Positions 1 to 13,100 of a stretch of 64,000 nucleotides of DNA are shown here, in pieces. Source of the DNA: Macrostomum hystrix (taxonomy: Eukaryota; Animalia; Platyhelminthes). The stretch lies in the NCBI GenBank assembly GCA_950097015.1, contig CATNEN010000038.1:15562001-15626000 (forward strand), given 5' to 3'. The notes under the pieces are model-generated. The model was not told the origin of the DNA. It made no database searches and was given only the letters and a program-made list of their open reading frames with translations. Every line of letters begins with the position of its first letter. Positions within the stretch are counted from its first letter, which is position 1. The translations under genes were made by a program, and so were the position numbers.

Positions 1-19
1 CATTCAACCTCTTCGATCA

Positions 20-1816
20 TTGAGTGATGACTCCTACGAGTGGACTGCTCACCACGATGCAGCTTTCCAGAAACTTAAGGATAGTTTATCCTCCGCTGTT
101 ACCCTCGCCTTTCCTGATCCTACAGCTACTTTCACCATAACGTCCGACGCCAGTTCTTTTGCGATTGGTGCCAGTCTTCATCAGGTAGTTGAAGGAAACT
201 CCTCACCGATAGCGTTTTTCTCACGTAAGCTAACAACTACCGAATGCTCATACAGCGCCTTCGACCGTGAGCTCCTGGCTGTGTTCGCTGCAGTAAAAAC
301 CTGGCGCCATCTCATTCATGGTCATCCGACAACTGTGTTTTGCGACCACAAACCACTGATAGGCGCGTTCCATAGTACCAAAGAACGCCTCTCGGATCGA
401 CAGCAACGCCAATTATCCACCATCACGGAATACGTCACGGAAATTGTACATATCCCGGGCACCAAAAACGTCGTTGCTGACACTCTGTCCCGCGACCCGC
501 AGGAGCTTATCACCGATACATACGCCGTCAATGTAATTGAAGACGCAGACAACCCAATCATTCAACTACCTGCCGACCTCCCGGCAATCGCGCGAGCACA
601 AAAAGAAATGGGAATAACTGGTGACCAGTTTAGTCCTTTTGACATTGGTCTACTTGACTGTCCACTCTACTGCGAGACGTCACAACCCAATCCTCGCCCT
701 TTCGTTCCGGAGAGTCTACGTCGGCAGATCGTCCTAGCTCTTCACGAAATTTCACATGCTGGAGTCAAGGCCACACTACGCCTAGTTGCCCATCGTTTTT
801 TTTGGCCATGTATGAAATCCGACGTACAGAATTGGACAGCTTCATGTCTCCAGTGCCAAGCCGCCAAAGTTGGGCGCCACATTCAACGCCCACTTCATTT
901 CCTACCGTGCCCCACACAGCGTTTTACGACTGTCCACATGGATTTAGTGGGACCACTTCCACCTCCGGAGCCCGACGACTTATCAACACCGCAGCCCCGC
1001 TACCTTCTTACCGTAATAGATTCATTTACTCGCTGGATTGAAGCCGTTCCGCTGCAAACCATTTCGGCTGCTGCAGTCGCACGTGCTTTTGTCGACCATT
1101 CGGTCTGTCGCTTTGGACCACCATTAACCCTGGTTACTGATCAAGGGACACAGTTTCGCTCAGAGCTGATGGCCGACCTGGTGACCCTTCTCGGTGTTCA
1201 CCACATCCGCACCTCAGCTTACAATCCGAAGGCTAACGGAATGATAGAACGCTCTCATCGCTCTCTCAAAGCCAGTCTTCGCGCACGAGGTCGTTCATGG
1301 CTATCTCAACTAAATGTCGTTCTTTTTGGTCTGCGCATTCATCCGGATGACACTGGTAACTCTCCCTTTTCTACCGTAACCGGCGAACAACCACTTGTTC
1401 CGCCAGTCGTTACTGACGATTCCAACAATCGAAAACTCGCACAAAGCCTTCACAGTTTATTCTTCCCGTACCGACTGCCACGGACGCAGCATCGACCAGT
1501 TCACCTTCCGTCCGACCTATCAACCTGTGAATTTGCTTGGCTTCGATTAGATCGCGTGAGAAAACCATTGGAAGCACCATATCAGGGCCCTTTCAAGGTC
1601 GTCCACCGTTCCGCTGACACAATGACCCTGGATATCAAGGGCAAACCTCAAGTGGTATCAATCGAACGCATCAAACCGGCACGTCTGCCAGATCCTGCAC
1701 CCCAGACGCGCTCAATGACCAATTCAAACCCTGTTATAAGCCCAGTTTTTCAAGTGCAACAACGCCCCATAAAACGCGTCCATTTTAATGACAATGTAAC
1801 TGTTCTTACTCGTTGA
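20..1816 (+). CDS. pol: Gypsy Pol C-terminal part: RT connection, RNase H, integrase (5'-partial)
   Basis: RNase H motifs TSDASSFAIGA, YSAFDRELLA, FCDHKPL, NVVADTLSR. Integrase HHCC (LHEISHAG...CLQCQ), D,D35E core (HMDLVGP, VTDQGTQF, NGMIER) and GPY/F (PYQGPF). Confidence 0.93.
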   Translation: MSDDSYEWTAHHDAAFQKLKDSLSSAVTLAFPDPTATFTITSDASSFAIGASLHQVVEGNSSPIAFFSRKLTTTECSYSAFDRELLAVFAAVKTWRHLIHGHPTTVFCDHKPLIGAFHSTKERLSDRQQRQLSTITEYVTEIVHIPGTKNVVADTLSRDPQELITDTYAVNVIEDADNPIIQLPADLPAIARAQKEMGITGDQFSPFDIGLLDCPLYCETSQPNPRPFVPESLRRQIVLALHEISHAGVKATLRLVAHRFFWPCMKSDVQNWTASCLQCQAAKVGRHIQRPLHFLPCPTQRFTTVHMDLVGPLPPPEPDDLSTPQPRYLLTVIDSFTRWIEAVPLQTISAAAVARAFVDHSVCRFGPPLTLVTDQGTQFRSELMADLVTLLGVHHIRTSAYNPKANGMIERSHRSLKASLRARGRSWLSQLNVVLFGLRIHPDDTGNSPFSTVTGEQPLVPPVVTDDSNNRKLAQSLHSLFFPYRLPRTQHRPVHLPSDLSTCEFAWLRLDRVRKPLEAPYQGPFKVVHRSADTMTLDIKGKPQVVSIERIKPARLPDPAPQTRSMTNSNPVISPVFQVQQRPIKRVHFNDNVTVLTR

Positions 1817-1828
1817 GGGGGGAGTGTT

Positions 1829-2075
1829 TGTAGCGTCTAAAACGAACTTTTATTTCAGACTTAGTTACGACTCTAACTTTCTTTAATTTCCATAGACAAC
1901 CCCACTTGTTCCACCAAGAATACTAGGATACTAGCCCTCCCTTTTTCCCATAGATTAACTGTACCAGCTCAATTAAATAAAGCCGACCACGGGGGCCAAG
2001 GCTCCCCTTCTTAACCCTGCTAAAAGAAATACAAGTTCACCGCCTTAGCTTAATTTGTTGTGGCTAAGAGCCACA
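1829..2075 (+). repeat. 3' LTR (~247 bp) of the left Gypsy element
   Basis: Follows the PPT; TG...CA ends with imperfect terminal inverted repeat TGTAGC/GCCACA. The partner LTR is outside the window, so the boundaries are inferred. Confidence 0.65.
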
Positions 2076-2163
2076 ATCTACTTAGATCATTCAGTTTATC
2101 TACTTAGATCATTCAGTTTATCTACTTAGATCATTCAGTTTATCTACTTAGATCATTCAGTTT
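2076..2163. repeat. 22-bp minisatellite x4 (ATCTACTTAGATCATTCAGTTT)
   Basis: Direct inspection; starts immediately after the LTR end. Confidence 0.9.
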
Positions 2164-2609
2164 GTCAAGTCTCTAGGCTACGTGTGATGACTTATTTTGG
2201 TACTAAACTCGTTACTAATATCAGTAGGCACTGCAGTAGTTTTCAGACAGAGTTTCTGCAAAAATGTATTCTCATATTTTCATACGGACACAAAAGGCAA
2301 AGGAAGTTTCATGATTTTACAGTAATTGTGCATCAGTAATAGGACAGTGCATGGTTGATGAAAGTCTGAAGAAAAAATTTATAACTTGCACAATGACAAA
2401 GACAAGCAATTTCAATGAATGATAAATAGCAATAACAATAACAAACATAAACAAAAACAATAATAAATAAAAATATAAATTTTCAATGGCTTCTTAAATG
2501 GCAATGAATTTGAGGTTGTTTCATAGAAAAATCAGTGAGTGCGAATTGAATTTGAAACCTGTCACCTAATCTTGTTATTGATTTATTCATAAAAAACTGT
2601 ATGAAATTG

Positions 2610-2751
2610 TCACTCCGGCAGCGAGTGAGGCTGCGAAGTTCTACTCCATCGAGTCTCAAAAGTGGCGGAGATTCGGCCTCTACCGCCCCAAACCGGCTCC
2701 TGTTGCGCCTGCAGCTCTTCGTCTTCGCTGAGCTGTTTCTGCAGTCGTGCA

Positions 2752-2790
<39 letters not shown>

Positions 2791-5700
2791 GACTCATCAA
2801 CTCGATCATTATCGGTTGATAGTGATTTACTGCGCAGCTTGACACGATGATAAAACTGATGATGATGATTGTTATGATGCTTCGATTGGGGCTTCAAATC
2901 GTTCAACGTAATGCAGGGTATGAGTTGAACACGATGGCAGAGGCACTCGCAGGTTGAAGGATTGCAGGGCGGCAGCTGCGGCGGCGGCGGAGGCAGCCAC
3001 GAAGAACTGAGCGATACTGGAAACATTTTTGTTATAACTGCACTGCTAGATTTACAGCTGATCTACTGCTGATCTACTGCTGATCTACTGCTAGATTTAC
3101 AGCTGACCTACTGCTAGATTTACAGCTGATCTACTGCTGATCTACTGCTATATTTACAGCTGATCTACTGCTAGATTTACAGCTGATCTACTGCTAGATT
3201 TACTGCTGATCTACTGCTAGATTTACAGCTGATCTACTGCTAGATTTACAGCTGATCTACTGCTAGATTTACAGCTGATCTACTGCTAGATTTACAGCTG
3301 ATCTACTGCTAAACTACTGCTAGATTTACTGCTGATCTACTGCTGATCTAATGCTAGATTTACTGCTGATCTACTGCTAGATTTACAGCTGATCTACTGC
3401 TAGATTTACAGCTGATCTACTGCTAGATTTACAGCTGATCTACTGCTAGATTTACTGGTGATCTACTGCTAGATTTACTGCAAGATTTACTGCTGATCTA
3501 CTGCAAGATTTACTGCAAGATTTACTGCTGATCTACTGCTAGATTTACAGCTGATCTACTGCTAAACTACTGCTAGATTTACTGCTGATCTACTGCTGAT
3601 CTACAGCTAGATTTACTGCTGATCTACTGCAAGATTTACTGCTGATCTACTGCAAGATTTACTGCTGATCTACTGCTAAACTACTGCTAGTTTTACTGCT
3701 GATCTACTGCTGATCTACTGCTAAACTACTGCTAATCTACTGCTAGATTTACTGCTGATCTACTGCTAGATTTACTGCTGATCTACTGCTAGATTTACAG
3801 CTGATCTACTGCTGATCTACTGCTAAACTACTGCTAGATTTACTTCTGATCTACTGCAAGATTTACTGCTGATCTACTGCTGATCTACTGCTAGATTTAC
3901 TGCTGATCTACTGCTAGATTTACAGCTGATCTACTGCTGATCTACTGCTAGATCTACAGCTGATCTACTCCAGGGCCAGATCAGTTTAAATTCTGTAAGA
4001 AAAATATCTTCGGGCCTACTTTAGCTACCAAAAATGTATAGTGTATTTGATGTATAACACCTGGTTTGAAAAGCAAGTTTTCTGTTTATTGATCGCAAGT
4101 TTCGTCAGGTTTATGGCATTTAGTCCAAGCTAGTTATTGTCAAGCAGTAAGAATGCTGGTAAAAAAAATCGAAAAGCAAAAAAAATCGAAGAAATAAAAT
4201 TCACGTTTTGTTATTTAAAAAAGCAACCAGATTCAAAAATGAAAGCCTGAGAGATAAAAAATGTGTTTTTTGAGCCGACCAAAGATAAAAGTAGGGATGT
4301 GGCATTCAATTAGGGCGAAATGCAAAGTGCAAAATTGTTGGGTTAGTGCATCGGTGCGTATGCGATCTGGTAGTGGGGCATTTTGTATGGTAAAATATTA
4401 GATTAATAACTTCTACTGCAGTTCTGCCTGACATGCACACTTTGCCTGTTTACAGTTTCCTTTGTCTGTAACCTCCAAGCACAGTGAGAGTGTACACTGC
4501 CCGACGATGAGAAAGTCGGGGCGGATGTACACATCAGTGTGAGTGTGTACCTTCGTACAGTATCTGTGTGGGTGTGTGCTCAGGAATCAGCGAATTGGGA
4601 AGAACTGCCTCCTCACTGGCTGCGGGTCTAGTGTCACCGAATGATGTGCCATTGCCCACAGCCCTGTAAATATTAATATTATTATCGTTTTTATAGCTAA
4701 ATAAAGCCACTTCATAATTTGCTCAGCCACGCTCAAATATTTAATCAAACCATTAATCTGTTAGTCGAGGAGAAATCTGCTATGCTAATTGTAAATCATT
4801 TCTGCATGCGGGTTATTCACAAATCACTGCCACAAGCATTGCCTAAAGATAATTGAATTTTTTGCAGCTATAAGTTAGCAAAGTTACTCACCTGGACTTG
4901 CGCTAAATAATGATGCATCTGATGCCCTAGGCGAGGTGCCTGTCATTGGGCCCGCGCAGCCGCCACATTTCTGTACACCTTTGTCGGCGGCGCGCTTCAG
5001 CAGACTGTACACGGGATCCACGTCTGGGTTTGGGTGAAGGTGGCCGTGGTTTGAACAGTAGAAACACCTCGCTATTATTCTCCCCTGTATTTCAAAAACC
5101 TCCCAAATAGAATAACCGATTTTCGCGAAAGTCCAAAATTTGAGTAAAAAAATGAAGGTGTTCAGTTGATCTACTTCAGGAACTGATAATAAAATGAGGG
5201 TGTTCAGTTGATCTACTTCAGCAACTGATAAGAGACTGAAGGTGTTCAGTTGATCTACTTCAGGAACTGATAATAAAATGAGGGTGTTCAGTTGATCTAC
5301 CTCAGCAACTGTTGAGAAACTGAAGGTGTTCAGTTGATCTACTTCAGCAACTGTTGAGAAACTGAAGGTGTTCAGTTGATCTACTTCAGCAACTGTTGAG
5401 AAACTGAAGGTGTTCAGTTGATCTACTTCAGCAACTGATAAGAGACTGAAGGTGCTCAGTTGATCTACTTCAGCAACTGATAAGAGACTGAAGGTGCTCA
5501 GTTGATCTACTTCAGCAACTGATAAGAAACTGAGGGTGTTCAGTTGATCTACTTCAGGAACTGTTGAGAAACTGAAGGTGTTCAGTTGATCTACTTCAGG
5601 AACTGTTGAGAAACTGAAGGTGTTCAGTTGATCTACTTCAGCAACTGTTAAGAAACTGAGGGTGTTCAGTTGATCTACTTCAGGAACTGTTAAGAAACTG

Positions 5701-8700
5701 AAGGTGTTTAGATGATCTAATTCAGGAACTGTTAAGAAACTGAAGGTGTTTAGATGATCTAATTCAGGAACTGTTAAGAAACTGATGGTGTTCAGTTGAT
5801 CTACTGATCTACTTCAGGAACTGATAATAAAATGAGGGTGTTGAGTTGATCTACTTCAGGAACAGTTGAGATTGCTAACTGCATCCGCGGGAATAATTAA
5901 TCTGTCGCAAGACACGAACAGCTATTCAAACATCCGAATAGACTTACAGTAAATATAGCCTTAGAATGTATGCCTAGCCTAATTATCACATGGCTCCGTT
6001 GATTCCAACCGAACGACCGCTCACCTGCCACGTCTTCGTCGTCCTTACCGCCTCGTTTCTTCTTAACCTGCAGGAAATTAAAAAATTATGAAAATCGGAA
6101 TAGACGACTGTGTAAATGTTTCTGAAAATGTACTTTAAGACGCTGCAGAAAATACAAGATACTGACTATCTAACACACTCACTGTCTAACACTCTGACTG
6201 TCTAACACTCTGACTGTCTAACACATTGACTGTCTAACACACTGATTTTCTAACACACTCACTGTCTAACACACTCACTGTCTAACACACTCACTGTCTA
6301 ACACACTGACTGTCTAACACACTCACTGTCTAACACACTCACTGTCTAACACATTCACTGTCTAACACACTGACTGTCTAACACACTCACTGTCTAACAC
6401 ACTCACTGTCTAACACACTCACTGTCTAACACACTCACTGTCTAACACACTCACTGTCTAACACACTCACTGTCTAACACACTCACTGTCTAACACACTC
6501 ACTGTCTAACACACTCACTGTCTAACACACTGACTGTCTAACACACTCACTGTCTAACACACTCACTGTCTAACACACTCACTGTCTAACACACTCACTG
6601 TCTAACACACTGACTGTCTAACACACTCACTGTCTAACACACTCACTGTCTAACACACTCACTGTCTAACACACTCACTGTCTAACACACTGACTGTCTA
6701 ACACACTCACTGTCTAACACACTCACTGTCTAACACACTGACTGTCTAACACACTCACTGTCTAACACACTGACTGTCTAACACACTCACTGTCTAACAC
6801 ACTCACTGTCTAACACTCTGACTGTCTAACACACTCACTGTCTAACACTCTGACTGTCTAACACACTGACTGTCTAACACACTCACTGTCTAACACTCTG
6901 ACTGTCTAACACACTCACTGTCTAACACTCTGACTGTCTAACACACTCACTGTCTAACACTCTGACTGTCTAACACACTCACTGTCTAACACACTGACTG
7001 TCTAACACACTCACTGTCTAACACTCTGACTGTCTAACACACTCACTGTCTAACACTCTGACTGTCTAACACACTCACTGTCTAACACTCTGACTGTCTA
7101 ACACACTCACTGTCTAACACACTGACTGTCTAACACTGTGTAAAAGTTTTGCAGTGCAAAAGTTTCTATAAATAGCTCGTATCAGCAGGACGAGAGGATC
7201 GTGCAATGCATGTACTCCTGTGTTACATTCTACCCCTCGTGGCTTTGCGGATACCAAACGAAGTCCACGACATTTTACACCGTGACATTTTGGTCCAAGA
7301 ACATTCAGCAGAGCAGGCAGAAAATGCAATTGTTGCCCGTAAGCACTTGCCTGTTTTTGCTGTGAACTTTCTTCTTGTAGTCTGTTAGATAACTAATTTC
7401 TATGCCAACGCGTAGATTTCTTTTGTACAAGTCGTTTTGTTCCAATTAGGCCTTTTGTCAGGCTCATTGTGATTTCACGTTAGATCGTTTGTCTGCTTTC
7501 AGACTAACGAGTAGGGGAATAATTGGACGAACACAAATCACTAACAATAAATCAAGACACAGACAAGTTATAACTGATGGTTTTGTGGTTTGTGCATACG
7601 TAGTTCAGTGCAGTGATTGCAAAACATTACTTGGCTTCTGAATAGGTTAGAAAAAGTGCATTAAAACAAATTCTAAATAGCTACCAGAGTGAGGTGACTG
7701 AAACTGTTCGAATTGTGGATCAAACGCACTGAGGTTACCTTTTAATTGATATTTGAATAAACAAAAGGAGTGAGTTTATTGGCTTACTGAAACTCGATTC
7801 GATGGCAAAAGAGTGAGGTGGTTGGCTTACTTAAACCCGATTGGATAGCCAAGGAGTGAGGTGGTTGGCTTAATAAAAACCGATTGGATATCCAATAAAG
7901 GAGTGAGGTGGCTGGCTTACTTAAACCCGATTGGATAGCCAAGGAGTGAGGTGGTTGGCTTACTAAAAACCGATTGGATATCCAATAAAGGAGTGAGGTG
8001 GTTGGCGACTGAAACCCGATTGGATGGCCAAGGAGTGAGGTGGTTGGCTACTGAAACTCGATTTGATAGCCAAGGAGTGAGATAGTTGGCTTACTAAAAA
8101 CCGATTGGATATCCTTACTCACCTTTTCTTTATCCTTGTCTTTTGTTTTGAGAACATTAAATGCTCTTCTCCAGAGGCCCTTAATGCTGGCATCGTCCTG
8201 CTTGTCGGCTCCGCTACCGCAGGCACCGCCGCTACAGATGCCTGAGCCGCCGCTACTGGCTCCTCCGCAACCAGCTGCTCCGCCCGGGCCGCCGCTGCCG
8301 CCGATAGCGCCGACGCCAATGCTATGGAGGCCATAGTCGGGCCCGCCTTCGTCACAGCCGAAGCTGTCCTGCTTCTTGAAGTTCATGAGGTCCATCTGGG
8401 AAGAATTTTCGGATGGTAACATTTGTGTCAAACTGTCAGATTTCGGAAAGAATTAACAAAAAATGTTTAAACTTTTTCATCACTCTAGATTCTGAGTCGA
8501 TATTTTGTACTTTATAATTTTGCTCGCTACAAGCCGAGCTGTGAACTGAAATCATGGAGACCCCGCTAGTGGTGGAGTCGTGGCTCTCGTTGCTGCGCTG
8601 ATGTACTAGGCTAGTCTGCAGCTTGGATGTCGGCGACATCGGAGCCAGGAGCTGGAACTTGCTAGTTCCGGGCGGGCCGCTGAGCTGGTGCTGCGGCGAT

Positions 8701-9714
8701 CTAGACAGTCGGCGCCGGTCGCCGACGGAAAATGCCGCTGGCAGGGCGGCTTCGTCGTTCAATGTCGATACTTGCTGCGTCGGAGCCAACCCCGAGCTGC
8801 CAGCATCGGCTTCGGGAACATCGCCGGAGCCTGCGCCGTCAGCTGACGTCACGGACCTCTGCCTGGTCAGGGAGAACCTGGCTGAGCTGAGCCGTCTTGA
8901 CAGAGCGTTCGCGGCAGCATGGTGCAGCTGCCTGAGGCTGCTGTGTCGAGTTCGACTGCGGCCAAGTCCCGTCGACGACTCCGTAGGAGGCTGCTGAGGC
9001 TGCGACGACGACTGGGACGAGACCAGACGATGCGAGACGCGACTGGGTGTTGGTGCCCGCTCCTCCTGCATGACGGAGCTCTTTCCCTATCGCCTAATCC
9101 CCTAGCGAGCTAGAAATTCTACGAAATAAAAAGTATGAATTTTTGTTTATGCGCTTCGAATTGCCTAACTTCAACGAAATAAAATCTCTGGCAGTGAACT
9201 GGATCAGCGAGGGAGACGGTGACAGAACTCTCCCTAATAGAGCGTCAGTTTGGCTAGGCTAAAATGTGTTTTCCTTCTTTGTTAAGTTTTAGCGAAAGTG
9301 TTTTTTTCGCGTTGGCTGCAGAGAGGTCTGCTAGGCAGGACGAGGACATAAAAAAGGGACTTCGGAAGAGGAGGGCTGGTTGGGGAGAAAGTTTTGGGAT
9401 CATGGTATAGCGAAAGTCAAGTGGTCCGACGAAGCCAATTCCCAAACCTGGAACAATTGCACTTTCTAAGTCAACCCCTTCCTCGGAAAAGAAGAATTTA
9501 GGCTTTGAAAGACTGGCTTTGACACCGAAAAATGGCGAGACAGGGGAACACATTTTCAGGAACATCGCCATGTATGTAACAGTTGTGCCCAACCAGGCGA
9601 CGGTTTTCAAGTTTCTAAAGTCGAAAGTTAACAGTCGAAAAGTTTTAGACATACTCGTACATAAGTAGATAGATAGATAGATAGAGAGATAGATAGATAG
9701 ATAGATAGATAGAG

Positions 9715-9753
<39 letters not shown>

Positions 9754-9814
9754 GAGATAGATAGAGAGAGAGATAGATAGATAGATAGATAGATAGAGAG
9801 ATAGATAGAGAGAG

Positions 9815-9853
<39 letters not shown>

Positions 9854-9870
9854 GAGATAGATAGAGAGAG

Positions 9871-9945
<75 letters not shown>

Positions 9946-9958
9946 GAGATAGATAGAC

Positions 9959-9989
<31 letters not shown>

Positions 9990-10026
9990 GAGATAGACAG
10001 ATAGATAGATAGATAGATAGATAGAC

Positions 10027-10069
<43 letters not shown>

Positions 10070-10070
10070 C

Positions 10071-10133
<63 letters not shown>

Positions 10134-13100
10134 CAGATAGATAGATAGACAGATAGATAGATAGATAGACAGATAGATAGATAGATAGATAGTAAAAAGA
10201 ACTTTTAACCCAACCAGCTGTTCGGGATAAGTCACGCCATGGATTTTAAACGCTGTAGATGTGTCTAGCATCAATACAGGGGTGTTGAAATTAATGGGAG
10301 CAGCCAGATATTTTGAAGTGCACATCTGCACTGTTGGCCCATATTATAAAACACAGTCGGGTTGTGCAATTAAATGTTAGAAAGAAAATTTGTTTTCCTG
10401 AAACCAAATCTTGCAGAGCGGTGCAGAACTTGCACAAATCCTAGACAACAGGACTGTCTGTTTTCGTATAACAGACTAACATACTTGATAGATCTGTCTA
10501 ACAGGTGAGAAAATCAGTCTAGCAGGTGAGACAATCAGTCTAACAGGTAAGAAAATCAGCCTAACAGGTGAGACAATCAGTCTAACAGGTAAGAAAATCA
10601 GCCTAACAGGTGAGACAATCAGTCTAACAGGTCAGAGAATCAGTCTAACAGGTGAGACAATCAGTCTAACAGGTGAGACAATCAGCCTAACGGGTGAGAC
10701 AATCAGTCTAACAGGTGAGATAATCTGTCTAACAGGTGAGACAATCAGTCTAACCGGTAAGAAAATCTCTCTATCAGGTCAGAGAATCAGTCTAGCAGGT
10801 GATACAATCAGTCCAACAGGTGAGACAATAAGTCTAACAGGTGAGACAATCAGTCCAACAGGTAAGACAATCAGTCTAACAGGTAAGAAAATCAGCCTAA
10901 CAGGTGAGACAATCAGTCTAAGATAGTTTCATAGAGTTCCATAGAAAATCTCTCTGTCAGGTCAGAGAATCAGTCTAGCAGGTGATACAATCAGTCTAAC
11001 AGGTGAGAAAATCAGCCTAACAGGTGAGAAAATCAGTCTAACAGGTAAGAAAATCAGCCTAACAGGTGAGAAAATCAGTCTAACCGGTAAGAAAATCTCT
11101 CTATCAGGTCAGAGAATCAGTCTAGCAGGTGAGACAATAAGTCTAACAGGTGAGAAAATCAGCCTAACAGGTGAGAAAATCAGTCTAACAGGTAAGAAAA
11201 TCAGCCTAACAGGTGAGAAAATCAGTCTAACCGGTAAGAAAATCTCTCTATCAGGTCAGAGAATCAGTCCAACAGGTGAGACAATAAGTCTAACAGGTGA
11301 GACAATTAGTCCAACAGGTAAGACAATCAGTCTAACAGGTAAGAAAATCAGCCTAACAGGTGAGACAATCAGCCTAACAGGTGAGACAATCAGTCTAACA
11401 GGTGAGACAATCTGTCTAACAGGTGAGATAATCTGTCTAACCTGTAAGAAAATCTCTCTGTCAGGTCAGAGAATCAGTCTAACAGGTGAGACAATCAGTC
11501 TAACAGGTGAGACAATCAGCCTAACGGGTGAGACAATCAGTCTAACAGGTGAGACAATCAGTCTAACAGGTGAGATAATCAGTCTAACAGGTGAGACAAT
11601 CAGTCTAACAGGTGAGATAATCAGTATAACAGGTGAGACAATCTGTCTAACAGGTGAGATAATCTGTCTAGCAGGTGAGACAATCAGTCTAACAGGTGAG
11701 ATAATCAATTCGCACTCACCTGAGCCTGTAGACCCGCCAGTTGCACGCTGGCCAAACGAATTTCGTTGCGTTTTCTGGACAAATCCTCCTGTGTCTCGTA
11801 CACCTTGCTGTATAAATGACTGCCTAGATTCCTAAGCAGTGGTTGAAATTGAGGAATTGAATTAACCTAAAATAGGGATAAGACTTAGAGCTAGTGCTAC
11901 CTACTACTCAACTACTCATAGAAACAATCCACGGCCAGTATTTCTTTACAGAAACTAATAACTGACACTGTTAAGTCGAGATAGATCAATAGATCAATGC
12001 GAGAATCGATCTTGAAGAACAATTAAGTTAAATTGATAAGCTCCCAATGCTCGCATGATCTGTCGGTGGATTATAGCTACCTAAATAAGCCGTTGTTACG
12101 GTGAGAAAGGGAAGACTTGGAACGGGGAGTTGGCGGTTGAGAACAAGCCGAGAACAACTCCAGATCGGCAGCCAATAGAATTCACTCAAGCACTCAAGCT
12201 GAGTCTATATTGTGCTCAAATTTATTTTCTGAACTATGTCGCATTCAACTGTCTTCTCTCTTAATCCTAACTTGCTAAAAATTGCTTCTCTCACTAATTT
12301 AGCTTGCCTGTAGCCAACACTTGTACTACTGACCATTACCAAATTCTAACCGAAACAGGTTTGGCCTTTAAAGTTCCATTGTGTGAAGATAGATTATAAA
12401 TCCATTCTTATCATATTTGCAGTGATATTAACTTATGTCAAAAAATATTAACAAAAGCAAAGTCACACCTTTGGCAGAAAGTCTTCAGAGACTCGGTCAC
12501 TTCTTCGTTCTGTCTAATAAAAGAACGCAGTCCCTGGATCTCTTTCAAGAGCTGCTGCTGCTGCTGCTTCAGGTCAGCCACAGTCAGTCTGTCCACAACG
12601 AGCTCGTTTTTTAAAACAAACTGCAGTGGTAATACGAGGAAAATTGCTTCGCACCTATGAAAAACTTGATTTACAACAAAAATATTGATTTACAATATAG
12701 ATATGAGATATAGAGATAGACAATGAGATAGACTAGCAATCCATTCAGGTCATTCACTCATGAGATAGACTAGCAATCCATTCAGGTCATTCACTCATGA
12801 GATAGACTAGCAATCCATTCAGGTCATTCACTCATGAGATAGACTAGCAATCCATTCAGGTCATTCACTCATGAGATAGACTAGCAATCCATTCAGGTCA
12901 TTCACTCATGAGATAGACTAGCAATCCATTCAGGTCATTCACTCACGAGATAGACTAGCAATCCATTCAGGTCATTCACTCATGAGATATACTAGCAATC
13001 CATTCAGGTCATTCACTCATGAGATAGACTAGCAATCCATTCAGGTCATTCACTCATGAGATAGACTAGCAATCCATTCAGGTCATTCACTCATGAGATA

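Larger units (their letters stand above)
1..2075 (+). mobile_element. 3' part of a Ty3/Gypsy LTR retrotransposon (CsRn1/Kabuki-like), truncated by the window edge
   Basis: pol ORF to 1816, polypurine tract GAGGGGGGAG at 1815-1824, then a probable 3' LTR running TGTAGC (1829) to GCCACA (2075) with AATAAA inside. Clade assignment is from recalled motifs only. Confidence 0.9.

Noticed and set aside
5024-5084. Longer version of the 5023-4892 exon using the TACAG acceptor at ~5085
   Set aside because: In the required phase 1 it reads into a stop and loses the VDPVY frame.
7114-7388. Possible C1-domain exon of the Stac-like gene
   Set aside because: No HX12CX2C...C1 spacing in any minus frame; two frames contain stops, and the flanking exons already join in phase.
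9254-9652. 132-aa minus-strand ORF
   Set aside because: No recognisable domain or splice partner; more likely leader or promoter sequence of the alternative first exon.
9645-10331. (LSIY)n ORF
   Set aside because: (GATA)n microsatellite artefact.
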